A program made the position numbers and the translations under genes. The notes beneath the pieces were generated by a model. The model saw only the letters and a program-made list of their open reading frames with translations. It did not search any database and was not told where the DNA came from. Shown in pieces: positions 29,354 to 38,003 of a stretch of DNA of 64,000 nucleotides; position 1 is the stretch's first letter; each line of letters opens with the position of its first letter. Source of the DNA: Paramoeba atlantica (lineage: Eukaryota; Protista; Discosea); NCBI GenBank assembly GCA_977017575.1, contig CDRNVI010000015.1, positions 494,533 through 558,532 of the forward strand, read 5' to 3'.

Positions 29354-30667
29354 ATGGAAACTCGGAACTCGTCCTCAGCTTCATTTTACGAGAAATATTC
29401 TGATCACTTCAATTCATTAGAGATTTCAGAGAGGGAAAGCAAAGCTGCTGAAAAAGCAAAGAGACGTCAAGCATTCCTCTCTCTTCACGGCTCAAAAGTA
29501 TCTAATGCAGAGAAATGTCGTCCAAAAACTCGGGCTGAAAGAAGAGGCCTCCAGGAAAAGCAACGAGCAGCCAAAGGTGTATTAAAGGAAGCTGTACCGC
29601 AAAGTCAATGCTCTGCAGTTTCAGTGGCTTCGAAAGAAAACATGTCAACATTATTTTCAATTCAAAAGGCAGATGTACTAAAGACGAAGGAAGGCGGGAA
29701 TACAGTGGCAAAGTGTAATTCCACTCAAGAAATTCCTCTGATTCATTCGGCAATTTATCAATGCGGATTATGGCTTGAAAGTTTCTTGCTGTCCGGATGC
29801 AGTACAAGGTGCGCCGGAACAGCGCTGGCAATTAAATCATGTATAGAATCTTTAGAAGGAAAATCGGATTCTATTTTTGAGACCTCTAAATTCGTTGAAA
29901 TTTTGCTGTTTCAAATTTCTTTTCTTGAGAAATGTCGAACCTTTTCACCTGGATTAGAAAACTTTATTATATACCTAAGGCGAAGTCTATTCTCATTAGG
30001 CCAGCTCAGAATCTCAGAAAAAGAAGCTCTGACTCGTGCAACTAATTCTATTTCCGAATTTCTAATTAAAAACGTGCACTCGGCGCAGAAAACCATTATT
30101 CTGGGAATGTCTTGTATCCGACATGACTGTTCTGTTCTCACCTACGGTCACAGTAACGTCATACGTGAGTTATTTCGAGCAACAGAACTCTCCAGCATAC
30201 ATTTCAATGTAACAGTTATGGATGCAGCCCCTCTTTTCGAAGGTCGAAAACTGTTTGTCGCACTTAAAAATTGTCCAAACATTTCCGTAACATACGGATT
30301 TATTAACAATATACAAAGTTTAATGAACGGAATAGATGTCATCTTGATGGGAGCCAGCGCGATTTCTTCAAACGGGGACGTTTTTTCTAGGTCAGGAAGC
30401 GCGGTAGTCGCCCTTAACGCCTCTCGTCTTCGTTTACCGATTCTGATTTTATGTGAGGCATACAAGTTTACGCATAGCATGAATAAGGTAATAACTGCAG
30501 TAGAAGATAATTTTGAAATTAAGGATAGTGTAATACGCACCTTGTATGATAAAATTCCCCCTTTAATGTTGACGGTCGTCAGAAGCGAGGACGGTCCAAT
30601 CAATCCTTTAAATATTGGAAGCTTATTGCTTGTGAAATCTCAAGGTGAATCTCAAGATGAACGCTAA
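29354..30667 (+). CDS. EIF2B4: Translation initiation factor eIF2B delta subunit
   Basis: Basic N-terminus KTRAERRGLQEKQRAAK; IF-2B fold VLTYGHS, VMDAAPLFEGRKL, VILMGASAISSNGDVFSRSGS, ILILCEAYKF. Confidence 0.85.
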   Translation: METRNSSSASFYEKYSDHFNSLEISERESKAAEKAKRRQAFLSLHGSKVSNAEKCRPKTRAERRGLQEKQRAAKGVLKEAVPQSQCSAVSVASKENMSTLFSIQKADVLKTKEGGNTVAKCNSTQEIPLIHSAIYQCGLWLESFLLSGCSTRCAGTALAIKSCIESLEGKSDSIFETSKFVEILLFQISFLEKCRTFSPGLENFIIYLRRSLFSLGQLRISEKEALTRATNSISEFLIKNVHSAQKTIILGMSCIRHDCSVLTYGHSNVIRELFRATELSSIHFNVTVMDAAPLFEGRKLFVALKNCPNISVTYGFINNIQSLMNGIDVILMGASAISSNGDVFSRSGSAVVALNASRLRLPILILCEAYKFTHSMNKVITAVEDNFEIKDSVIRTLYDKIPPLMLTVVRSEDGPINPLNIGSLLLVKSQGESQDER

Positions 30668-30841
30668 GTTAATATTGTACTCTTTTCATTTACAGTTCTG
30701 TCGCTCATCACAACAGGTGTAATAGAAAAATAATAGCTTTTTGTTTTTTATTCAGTTTATGTATAAATAATCTCCAATAGATCATGAGTATATCTCATCA
30801 AAAATATAATCATTTATTGAACATATTTTCTTGTCATAATC

Positions 30842-31312
30842 ATGTTTTTGCTTCGTAACCGCGCAGGTTTGTCGTCTGTTATCTATCTAAGGTGCCTGTT
30901 TAAAAACGTGTTATTGTCGATATGTTCCCTTATCATATCGTTTGTTCTTGGCGTGTTTGCCTTGATATTTTTTAGGGTATTTTTCAGATATGTGGGCAGA
31001 GTACTGGTAGATTTATACAAAACTCAAGTTGCTAATTTCCTTCCTTTGCTTTCCATAGTGCGCTTTTTTGGTTTTCAGGAAACCGACAGTCTGTTTATAT
31101 CGCTCTCAAAAGCATCACCAAGTGGAACTGCAGCACTTCGCATCCTTTTTTGGTTTTTTGGACTTACGAGCGTTGCTTATCACTTGGTAAAGTTAATTAG
31201 TAAAGTCGGTCGGCAAAATCGAAATATGTCGAATTTTCTAGGCATACACGATTCGGATATACAAGCGTATGAGGAAGAGGTAAACCAAAACTGGAAATAT
31301 TCTACACATTGA
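30842..31312 (+). CDS. Hypothetical membrane protein (2-3 TM segments)
   Basis: 156-aa ORF with ATG, filling the intergenic slot on the cluster strand; hydrophobic segments. Confidence 0.55.
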   Translation: MFLLRNRAGLSSVIYLRCLFKNVLLSICSLIISFVLGVFALIFFRVFFRYVGRVLVDLYKTQVANFLPLLSIVRFFGFQETDSLFISLSKASPSGTAALRILFWFFGLTSVAYHLVKLISKVGRQNRNMSNFLGIHDSDIQAYEEEVNQNWKYSTH

Positions 31313-31615
31313 TTCTTTGTACTACTTTTAATATGTTCGTTCAATATATTCTATGTTCATTTTTTCATACATGTACATTTGCGTACATGTTTAAAGGCAT
31401 GAAATCGTTTTTCCTATCCCGAAATAACATTTCATATACATTCACATGGGGAAACCAGGATTGCTGAATCCGTACAGGCCAATTAACTGAGTGCGGACGG
31501 CAGACAGGGGTATTTATTTGTTGACTTTTTCTAAGCGTTGAGATTTGAAGAGTCTTTTTTCTTACATTTTTGATATTTCTGATTAACTTAGTTCTTATTT
31601 CTTATTGAGTTGCAT

Positions 31616-32656
31616 ATGGAAGTCAGAGAGTCTGAGAAGCACATCCAACATGCGGAAAAGCGTTCTCCCTTGCCATGGGTTGAAAAATATCGACCGCAAT
31701 CTATTGAAGACATTATCGCGCACGAGGACATTATGTCTGCTTTATCAAAACTTATTTCTCTCCAACAAGTTCCTCATTTATTGTTTTACGGACCTCCAGG
31801 AACAGGTAAAACCACAACTGTCTTATCTTGCGCCCGATTGATTTACGGCCCTGGTTCCCTCAAAGGAAATGTTCTCGAGCTCAATGCCAGCGATGAGCGT
31901 GGGATTGATGTTGTGCGACACCAGATTAAAGACTTTGCTTCCACCTCTCAAGTGTTCTCTCATGTCTCTTTTAAACTAGTAGTGCTCGATGAGGCTGACC
32001 AAATGACCTCGGAGGCTCAGGCTGCGCTGCGTCGTGTTATGGAGCGCTATACCAAAAATGTCCGGTTTTGCATTTTGTGTAATCATGTGAACAAGTTAAT
32101 TCCCGCAATACAATCCCGCTGCACTCGTTTTCGGTTTGGGCCGCTTCGCAAATCACAGATGATGCCCCGATTGGTACACATTCTAAATGAGGAGTCGATA
32201 TCTTGGGAGGACAGGGGTGTAGCATCTGCCATTCGCCTCAGCGGCGGTGATATGCGACGCTGTATCAATATTTTGCAGGGCACCGCAATGTCCTTTCATG
32301 AAGTCACGGAGGACACGGTTCATCGCTGCACTGGTGCTCCTTCTCCAAAAACGATTTCTCAAGCAGTGGAAAAAATGCTTGGTGCGAATTTTCCTGAGGC
32401 TCATGAAGAGGTGATGCAACTAACGTCGGCGCATGGGTTATCCACTCTAGATGTCGTCCGCGAATCTCATCACGTTGTCTCTCGTATCGAATTTTCTGAA
32501 CCTGTAAAGGCGTTTCTTCTGCAGCGTCTCGCAACTTTAGAACATCAACTAGCTCAAGGTGGAAGTGAAAAAATTAATTTAGCCGCATTAGTTGGAGCTT
32601 TTCAAATTGCGAAGGAATCTGCTGCTCAAAACATGTCAATTATAAATGTTGTCTGA
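31616..32656 (+). CDS. RFC5: Replication factor C small subunit (human RFC5 / yeast Rfc3 type)
   Basis: LPWVEKYRP, PHLLFYGPPGTGKT, LELNASDERGIDVVRHQIKDFAST, VLDEADQMT..AQAALRR, SRC motif. Confidence 0.9.
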   Translation: MEVRESEKHIQHAEKRSPLPWVEKYRPQSIEDIIAHEDIMSALSKLISLQQVPHLLFYGPPGTGKTTTVLSCARLIYGPGSLKGNVLELNASDERGIDVVRHQIKDFASTSQVFSHVSFKLVVLDEADQMTSEAQAALRRVMERYTKNVRFCILCNHVNKLIPAIQSRCTRFRFGPLRKSQMMPRLVHILNEESISWEDRGVASAIRLSGGDMRRCINILQGTAMSFHEVTEDTVHRCTGAPSPKTISQAVEKMLGANFPEAHEEVMQLTSAHGLSTLDVVRESHHVVSRIEFSEPVKAFLLQRLATLEHQLAQGGSEKINLAALVGAFQIAKESAAQNMSIINVV

Positions 32657-33097
32657 TGTTTATATTATGAAACATTCTTCACACTGTAAAAGACAGTTCC
32701 AGGAATTTATGAGACCTCTTTATTTTTGCATATTTATACTTGGTTCATAGGACATTTGTTTATGATTAATGAAAAGTACAGGACGCCAAAAAAGTGTATG
32801 TTTTTCTGTGGGCGATAAACTATTATTATTTTCTTTTTAACGAGGAAATTTTTGACCCGGTACACTACACAATATCTGCACTCTAATTTATTCGATTCTT
32901 TTACTCTAAATCTTCAAAAACAAACTCTACCCACTAGTACCTCAGCTTTATTTCGAAATACACTACTGTTCTCTACAGACTGCGGATAAATGACTAACTC
33001 CCCGCCTTCTCATCGAGGCAAAGTGACACTCGAGCTTTTACCATTGGAAGATGCAATGAAAACCGACTGGGACTGAGTCGGTGTGGGTAAACGTTCC

Positions 33098-33184
33098 TAA
33101 ACGCGGAGGTAGTTTTCAACGCGAAGCGCGCAGCATGAGTGACTTCCAAGTTGAAAACAACCGCCGCATTTAACGAAGCCACTA
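33098..33184. mobile_element. Left-truncated, diverged copy of the palindromic mini-MITE at 34910-35004
   Basis: Same 29-bp core GCGAAGCGCGCAGCATGAGTGACTTC; about 5 substitutions; right end ...CGAAGCCAC TA retained. Confidence 0.85.
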
Positions 33185-33646
33185 TTGGGTTAATCCTTAA
33201 GAGATTTCTTTTCTTTGTATAAGAAGCTCTTCATCTTTCTGATAATTCGTATTCTAAATTGGGATTTTTTGTTAAGGAAAAAATCCGAACCATTGTATCT
33301 CTTCGCGGTAATCCGTTTTCTGAGAAGTACATGAGACTACGCTGCAATTTTATCTCTCTGGAGTTTGCAATTGATGCTGAGTTCGATGATAGCCCAAGAA
33401 ATGCATGTAAAAAGACTCCACTTCACTTTCATCCTCTAGCTGGTATGTACCTTGGAAAGTTGATGACTCTTAGGGAATATGAATGTTTCAGGCTGCCAAA
33501 ATCGGTTTTTTTTGTCTTTTACAACCTATGGGCGATTGTACGGATTAAGAATCTAGGAATATCGTACTGATCGCAGTTTTCCAAAAATAGCGGAATCAAA
33601 AATCTCTGTGCATAGATATAATTTTTTTGTTTATCGGTTATCAACA

Positions 33647-34111
33647 ATGTTGCTACTTGAGCAGCCACCACTGGATCCGATGACCGAGGCTCTTACTTAT
33701 GCCAGAGAGACGACTTTAAGCGCTGGAGCAGCTGGTCTGGCAGGGGGATACGTCATGGGGAGTGCTTTCAGCTTTCTTCATGCTATGATTACCGCCGAGA
33801 CAACTACCCAAAGCATGGGCATGAAGGATTTTCTTCGCTACTCTGTAAAAACGGCACATCGTAGTGGTTGCAACTTCGCCACCTTTGGCGTATTCTTTGG
33901 AGCCCTCGAGGTGGCTCTAGAAAAACGAAGAGGGAGGAAGGATTTCTGGAACCCGGCCACCTCCGGTGCTCTAATGGGTGGGTACTATGGATGGCGCTCG
34001 TACCGACATATGGGACTCTGGGGTGGGGTGGTCGGTGGAGCCGTGGTCACCGTCTTGTTTGAAAAAATGATTGCTTACATGACAGGTACTCCAATGCATC
34101 CAACTTATTAA
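33647..34111 (+). CDS. TIM17: Mitochondrial inner-membrane translocase, Tim17/22/23 family (TbTim17-like)
   Basis: MITAETTTQSMG..DF.RYS..TAHR.G..FA.FGVFFGALEVALEKRRGRKDFWN matches my recollection of TbTim17; ATG 33647. Confidence 0.9.
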   Translation: MLLLEQPPLDPMTEALTYARETTLSAGAAGLAGGYVMGSAFSFLHAMITAETTTQSMGMKDFLRYSVKTAHRSGCNFATFGVFFGALEVALEKRRGRKDFWNPATSGALMGGYYGWRSYRHMGLWGGVVGGAVVTVLFEKMIAYMTGTPMHPTY

Positions 34112-34458
34112 AGGAGACACCATTATTCACTTCTTAATCATTTCACATGTGGCGACTTGTGACGCGCGTATTTCGATTATCGGACTTACCTTGGCTGCGA
34201 ATTTCTTAAGTATCATAATTTTATAAAATAATACACTTCATTTTCGTCATCTCTGAGTTTTTCATAAGAATACGGTAAATGTATTTCTGTCCTCGGATTC
34301 ATTGTTATGTTTTACATCTTTTAACGTGTTTTATCGGATGAGATTATCCGGCAGTAGGAAATATTCCGTGGCTCTCAGCTTGGACACTCACGTCTCGCGA
34401 TCATCAAAGGTACACAGTATTCTTGCGCAGTTAGTTATTGATGCGCAGTTCTTAGTCT

Positions 34459-34800
34459 AATATCGAGAATATTAACACCTCGTAGGGCACAGAACGTACA
34501 GCCTCCTTGTGGGATGGAGTTAAGTGCGATGTGAATGGCTCGGTAACGAAGATTTATTGGGGTGGAAGGGGGTTACGTGGCAAACCACGTTGGGACTTCC
34601 TTCCTTCTACCCTTTCTCATCTTGATCTTGGAGTTCTTTTGTTTCCAGAGCGTCGGACGAATCCTTATCTGGGGCGGTGGATGTTGGAGTTCCTCCCAAC
34701 TGCTCAAAATCTTTATCTAGTCTATGGTCTACAGGGCCATCATTTTGCAAAACCGCGATTTCCCTGTTTGGAACTCGAGACGCTGTGGTAAACGATGGGT
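34459..34800 (+). pseudogene. LRR-family pseudogene (same family as 50478, 51486 and 56178)
   Basis: WDGVKC....VTKIYWGGRGLRG...WDFLPSTLSHLDL; TAG at 34483 where paralogs have Trp; repeats truncated. Confidence 0.7.
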
Positions 34801-34909
34801 AATGGTAGGTCGGAAGGCGCGTATTGTGCGCGTTTAATAATTTTTCGCCAAAAAATCGAGCTATTTTACCCGACAAAATACATTATTCATGATGTTTTGG
34901 CAATTTTTA

Positions 34910-35004
34910 GTGGCTTCGTTAAACGCGGTGGTAGTTTTCAACGCGAAGCGCGCAGCATGAGTGACTTCTAAGTTGAAAACGACCACCGCGTTTAACGAAG
35001 CCAC
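34910..35004. mobile_element. 95-bp palindromic mini-MITE flanked by TA
   Basis: 39-bp arms at 34904-34942 and 34972-35010 with one mismatch, around a 29-bp spacer; TA at 34908-09 and 35005-06. Confidence 0.85.
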
Positions 35005-35060
35005 TAAAAAAATACAATAGGGGAAACAATTATGAAAAATCATTTTTTTGCAAAATATAT

Positions 35061-35276
35061 CCGAAAAATTCCGAACTTGGCGGACCCGTCCTGAGGATGC
35101 GCGGGGGGCTCACCCCCAGGTATGGGGGTGGAAAATGAGCGCCAAGACCCCGGCTACTCTTTCTGGGGGTTTATTTTGAAAAATATTGTTTTCGAAAAAA
35201 TTTCGTGCGGTATGCCCCCCCATGGACCCCCCCCATGGACCCCCGATTTTGTTTCAATTTTGGACCACCGGAGCCC
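35061..35276 (+). repeat. Dispersed repeat family X, copy A, 5' part
   Basis: Aligns by eye with 47737-47980 (CCGAACTTG.CGG.CCCGTCCTG, GCGCCAAGACCCCGGCTAC, TTCGTGCGGTATGCCCCCC, TTTTGGACCACCGGAGCCC). Confidence 0.85.
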
Positions 35277-35490
35277 CTTTTTACTTTTTTTCTTCGGCGC
35301 GGAAAATGTTTTGGTCCTTTTCTGCTAATTTTCTAATATTCCTATACCTCGTTATATTCCTATACCCTCTTAATATTCCTACCAGGAATACAACCGTATT
35401 AACCCGGACAGTGGTTTAATTCGGTCTACTTTACCTACATGCAATCATCCTAGCGGCCGAGCCAATGAACCTTCTCAAAAAATGTCAAAA

Positions 35491-35580
35491 AAAACCTACA
35501 CGAAGCTACACGGATTACCACGAACCTACACGTACCTACACAGCTCGTCACGGGCCAACGCAAACTTACACAGACCTACT
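35491..35580. repeat. Degenerate 10-bp-period microsatellite (consensus CGAACCTACA, about 9 units)
   Basis: AAAACCTACA CGAAGCTACA CGGATTACCA CGAACCTACA CGTACCTACA ... CAAACTTACA CAGACCTACT. Confidence 0.65.
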
Positions 35581-35596
35581 GCATACTCTCCTATTA

Positions 35597-36139
35597 AACC
35601 CCTGGCCAAAATAAGGCACCCCCCTCCAAAATCTCAATGCTTCGCTTGTTTGAGCTAATTTTGGTAGCATTTTATAGATCTCAATGCAAAGAGTTTGCGC
35701 GTTAAGAAACGGAACAAAAAATACAAAATGCATACATTTGAAAGTCTGATTACTACATTTTCACCCTTAAAAATTTCAAAAAAAATTACGCCCTTTTAAA
35801 CGAAAAAGTCTTCCCCCCTCTGAGAAATTCAGTTTTTTTCATGTGTTTTCGCTCATTTTTGTTGCAAACGAGAGATCACGCTTCCCTCACGAAGATGATT
35901 GCTGCCCTTTTTTCATCGGGAGACCCCTCGTGCCCCTTGATCGCAAAATTGCGCATTCCTGGAAAACAGAAGTGGAACATCAAGTTTTTTATATATTTTT
36001 TGTTCCAAGGTTTTGGTCGACTAAAAATAGCGGGAACGTACAGATTTCAAAAATCTGAACGAAAATATGGTATCATAACCCTACCATGCTCCCTCGTGCA
36101 AAAGATATGGGGGGGGTGCCTTACTGATGGCCAGGGGTT
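35597..36139. mobile_element. 543-bp TA-flanked MITE nested in repeat X copy A
   Basis: TA AACCCCTGGCC-AAAA-TAAGGCACCCCCC ... GGGGGGTGCCTTA-CTGAT-GGCCAGGGGTT TA (TA at 35595-96 and 36140-41). Confidence 0.78.
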
Positions 36140-36141
36140 TA

Positions 36142-36260
36142 TATTACTGTGTTCCTCTTATATTTTCACTGTTTATGTCCACTTATTTTCCAATAATCGA
36201 GGGTAGAGCGGTAGTTATACAACCACCGCAATGTACCTTAACTGAGAATTCGTTCTCCGG
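36142..36260 (+). repeat. Dispersed repeat family X, copy A, 3' part
   Basis: TATTACTGTGTTCC...CAATAATCGAGGGTAGAGCGGTAG...CAACCACCGCAAT matches 48005-48123. Confidence 0.85.
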
Positions 36261-36392
36261 CTATATTGACGTAATTCATTTACCGTTTTTCATCTACCGT
36301 TTTCCACGTACATGACTTTCGTATTCGGCTTGCATAACTTGTGGCTTACATACAGATTTATTTGCGTTTCATAAATTTATAGCATTTTTATT

Positions 36393-37574
36393 ATGTCCGA
36401 CAACGAATACGAGGATGCATCCTCCCACAGCGAGAACGAAGAAGAGGACGAAGTGGACGAGACCATCGCGAACCCCGACGTCACGGAAAAATACAAATTC
36501 GCCGCCGCCTTTGCTACCAAAGCGCTACGCACCGTTGTCGCCTCCCTCTGCATTGGGGCAAAAGTCCACGAACTGTGTGCGCTCGGGGATCGTATTCTGC
36601 TCGAGGAAACCTCCAAAGTCTACACCAAACCTACTGGACAGGATAAGAAAAAGCTTGACAAGGGGATTGCCTTCCCCACATGTGTCTCGGTGAACGCTGT
36701 CGTGTGTCACTACAGTCCTGGAGAGGAGGAGACCGAGGGGTGTGTCCCGCTCGCCGCTGGCGATGTCGTCCGGGTCGACCTTGGGTGTCAAATCGATGGG
36801 CACTGTGCGGTGGTTGCAGACACCCATGTGGTGGCGCCCACCGGTGGGGTAGTCTCTGGTCGAGTCGCGGATGTCGTCGCCGCGGCACATACGGCCCTGG
36901 AGGTGGCGACCCACGCGCTGCGCCCCGGAAACACGGTGTATGAAATCACCGCGCTGGTGGAGAAGGTCGCGACGGAGTATGGGGTGAGTGTCGTGGACGG
37001 AGTGCTGTCGCATCGTATGTCGCGGTACATTATTGATGGGACCCGGACGATTGCAAATAAGGACACCCCTGAGGGTAAGGTGGGGGATGTCACAGTGGAG
37101 CCTCACGAGGTGTGGGCGCTGGATGTAGTGCTCTCGACAGGGACGGGAAAGCTCCGGCCACGGGATCAGCGTACGTTGGTGTACAAGCGTGCACTGGAGG
37201 GGAATTACCAGTTGAAGCTACAGGCGGCTCGTGAGGTGCATAACGAAGTGGAAAAGCATTTTCAGACCTTTCCTTTTGCGACTCGGCACCTCAACCAGAA
37301 GCGCGGCCGTATTGGGATTCAGGAGTGCCTCAAGCATGATATGGTGGTCCCCTACCCAGTGTTGTATGAGAGAGACGGAGAGGTGGTAGCGCACGTCAAG
37401 TCAACGGTGTTGGTGCTGAGCACTCGAATCGAACCTGTTACGGGACCTGTTTTCAATGTCAACACGTGTCAAACGTCTCGTTGCGTCAATGATCCAACCG
37501 TACTAGCGTGGAAGCAACGCTCCCTGCAGTTAAAGAAGAAGAGCAAGGGGAAGAAAAAGAAAAATATGAACTAA
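36393..37574 (+). CDS. PA2G4: PA2G4/EBP1/Arx1-like protein (peptidase M24 fold, ribosome-associated)
   Basis: TIANPDVTEKYK.AA, KGIAFPTCVSVN..VCHYSP, VDLGCQIDG, GVLSHRM, FQTFPF, basic KKKSKGKKKKN tail. Confidence 0.9.
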   Translation: MSDNEYEDASSHSENEEEDEVDETIANPDVTEKYKFAAAFATKALRTVVASLCIGAKVHELCALGDRILLEETSKVYTKPTGQDKKKLDKGIAFPTCVSVNAVVCHYSPGEEETEGCVPLAAGDVVRVDLGCQIDGHCAVVADTHVVAPTGGVVSGRVADVVAAAHTALEVATHALRPGNTVYEITALVEKVATEYGVSVVDGVLSHRMSRYIIDGTRTIANKDTPEGKVGDVTVEPHEVWALDVVLSTGTGKLRPRDQRTLVYKRALEGNYQLKLQAAREVHNEVEKHFQTFPFATRHLNQKRGRIGIQECLKHDMVVPYPVLYERDGEVVAHVKSTVLVLSTRIEPVTGPVFNVNTCQTSRCVNDPTVLAWKQRSLQLKKKSKGKKKKNMN

Positions 37575-38003
37575 ACTCCTTGAAGTGAGCTGTAATTTTA
37601 TATGGGCATAGTGATCTTTCATGTTGGTTTTTTTATGCGTAGGGCTTTCTGTTCCCCTTTTAAGCACCAGAAATGTCCTATACTATTAGTATAGGCTAGT
37701 AACTAACCTATACTGCCGCTTCGTATAATTTAGGCAGATTTGTTCTCTATACAGCAGTGTACGTGGAGCGGTAGATGTTCTTGTCGATTTAGAACCGATG
37801 CCATTTAAAGCAGTTATCAGGTAAAATGCGTGCATAGGAAAATCATTTTTTCTGGAAAAAATGCTTTAGTTCTTTATTCTTATGCATACTTAATCACGCG
37901 CTTTATACAAAATTCCATACTGATTCCGTCTTTTTTGAATCAGCTAAAAAACTCAACATTTCATTCTTCTCACCAGGATTACAGAATTTTTTTCTATTAG
38001 TCA

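Noticed and set aside
33259-33570. 103-aa ORF upstream of TIM17
   Set aside because: TTG start, no recognisable motif, AT-rich intergenic composition
36197-36214. GGTAGAGCG resembling a tRNA D-loop (also at ~48066)
   Set aside because: No cloverleaf or T-loop GTTCGA; it is part of repeat X
36525-37106. Long antisense or alternate-frame ORFs in PA2G4, SCC1 (59490-60298) and the last gene (63427-63975)
   Set aside because: Expected by-product of stop-poor GC-rich islands; Pro/Arg-rich translations without motifs
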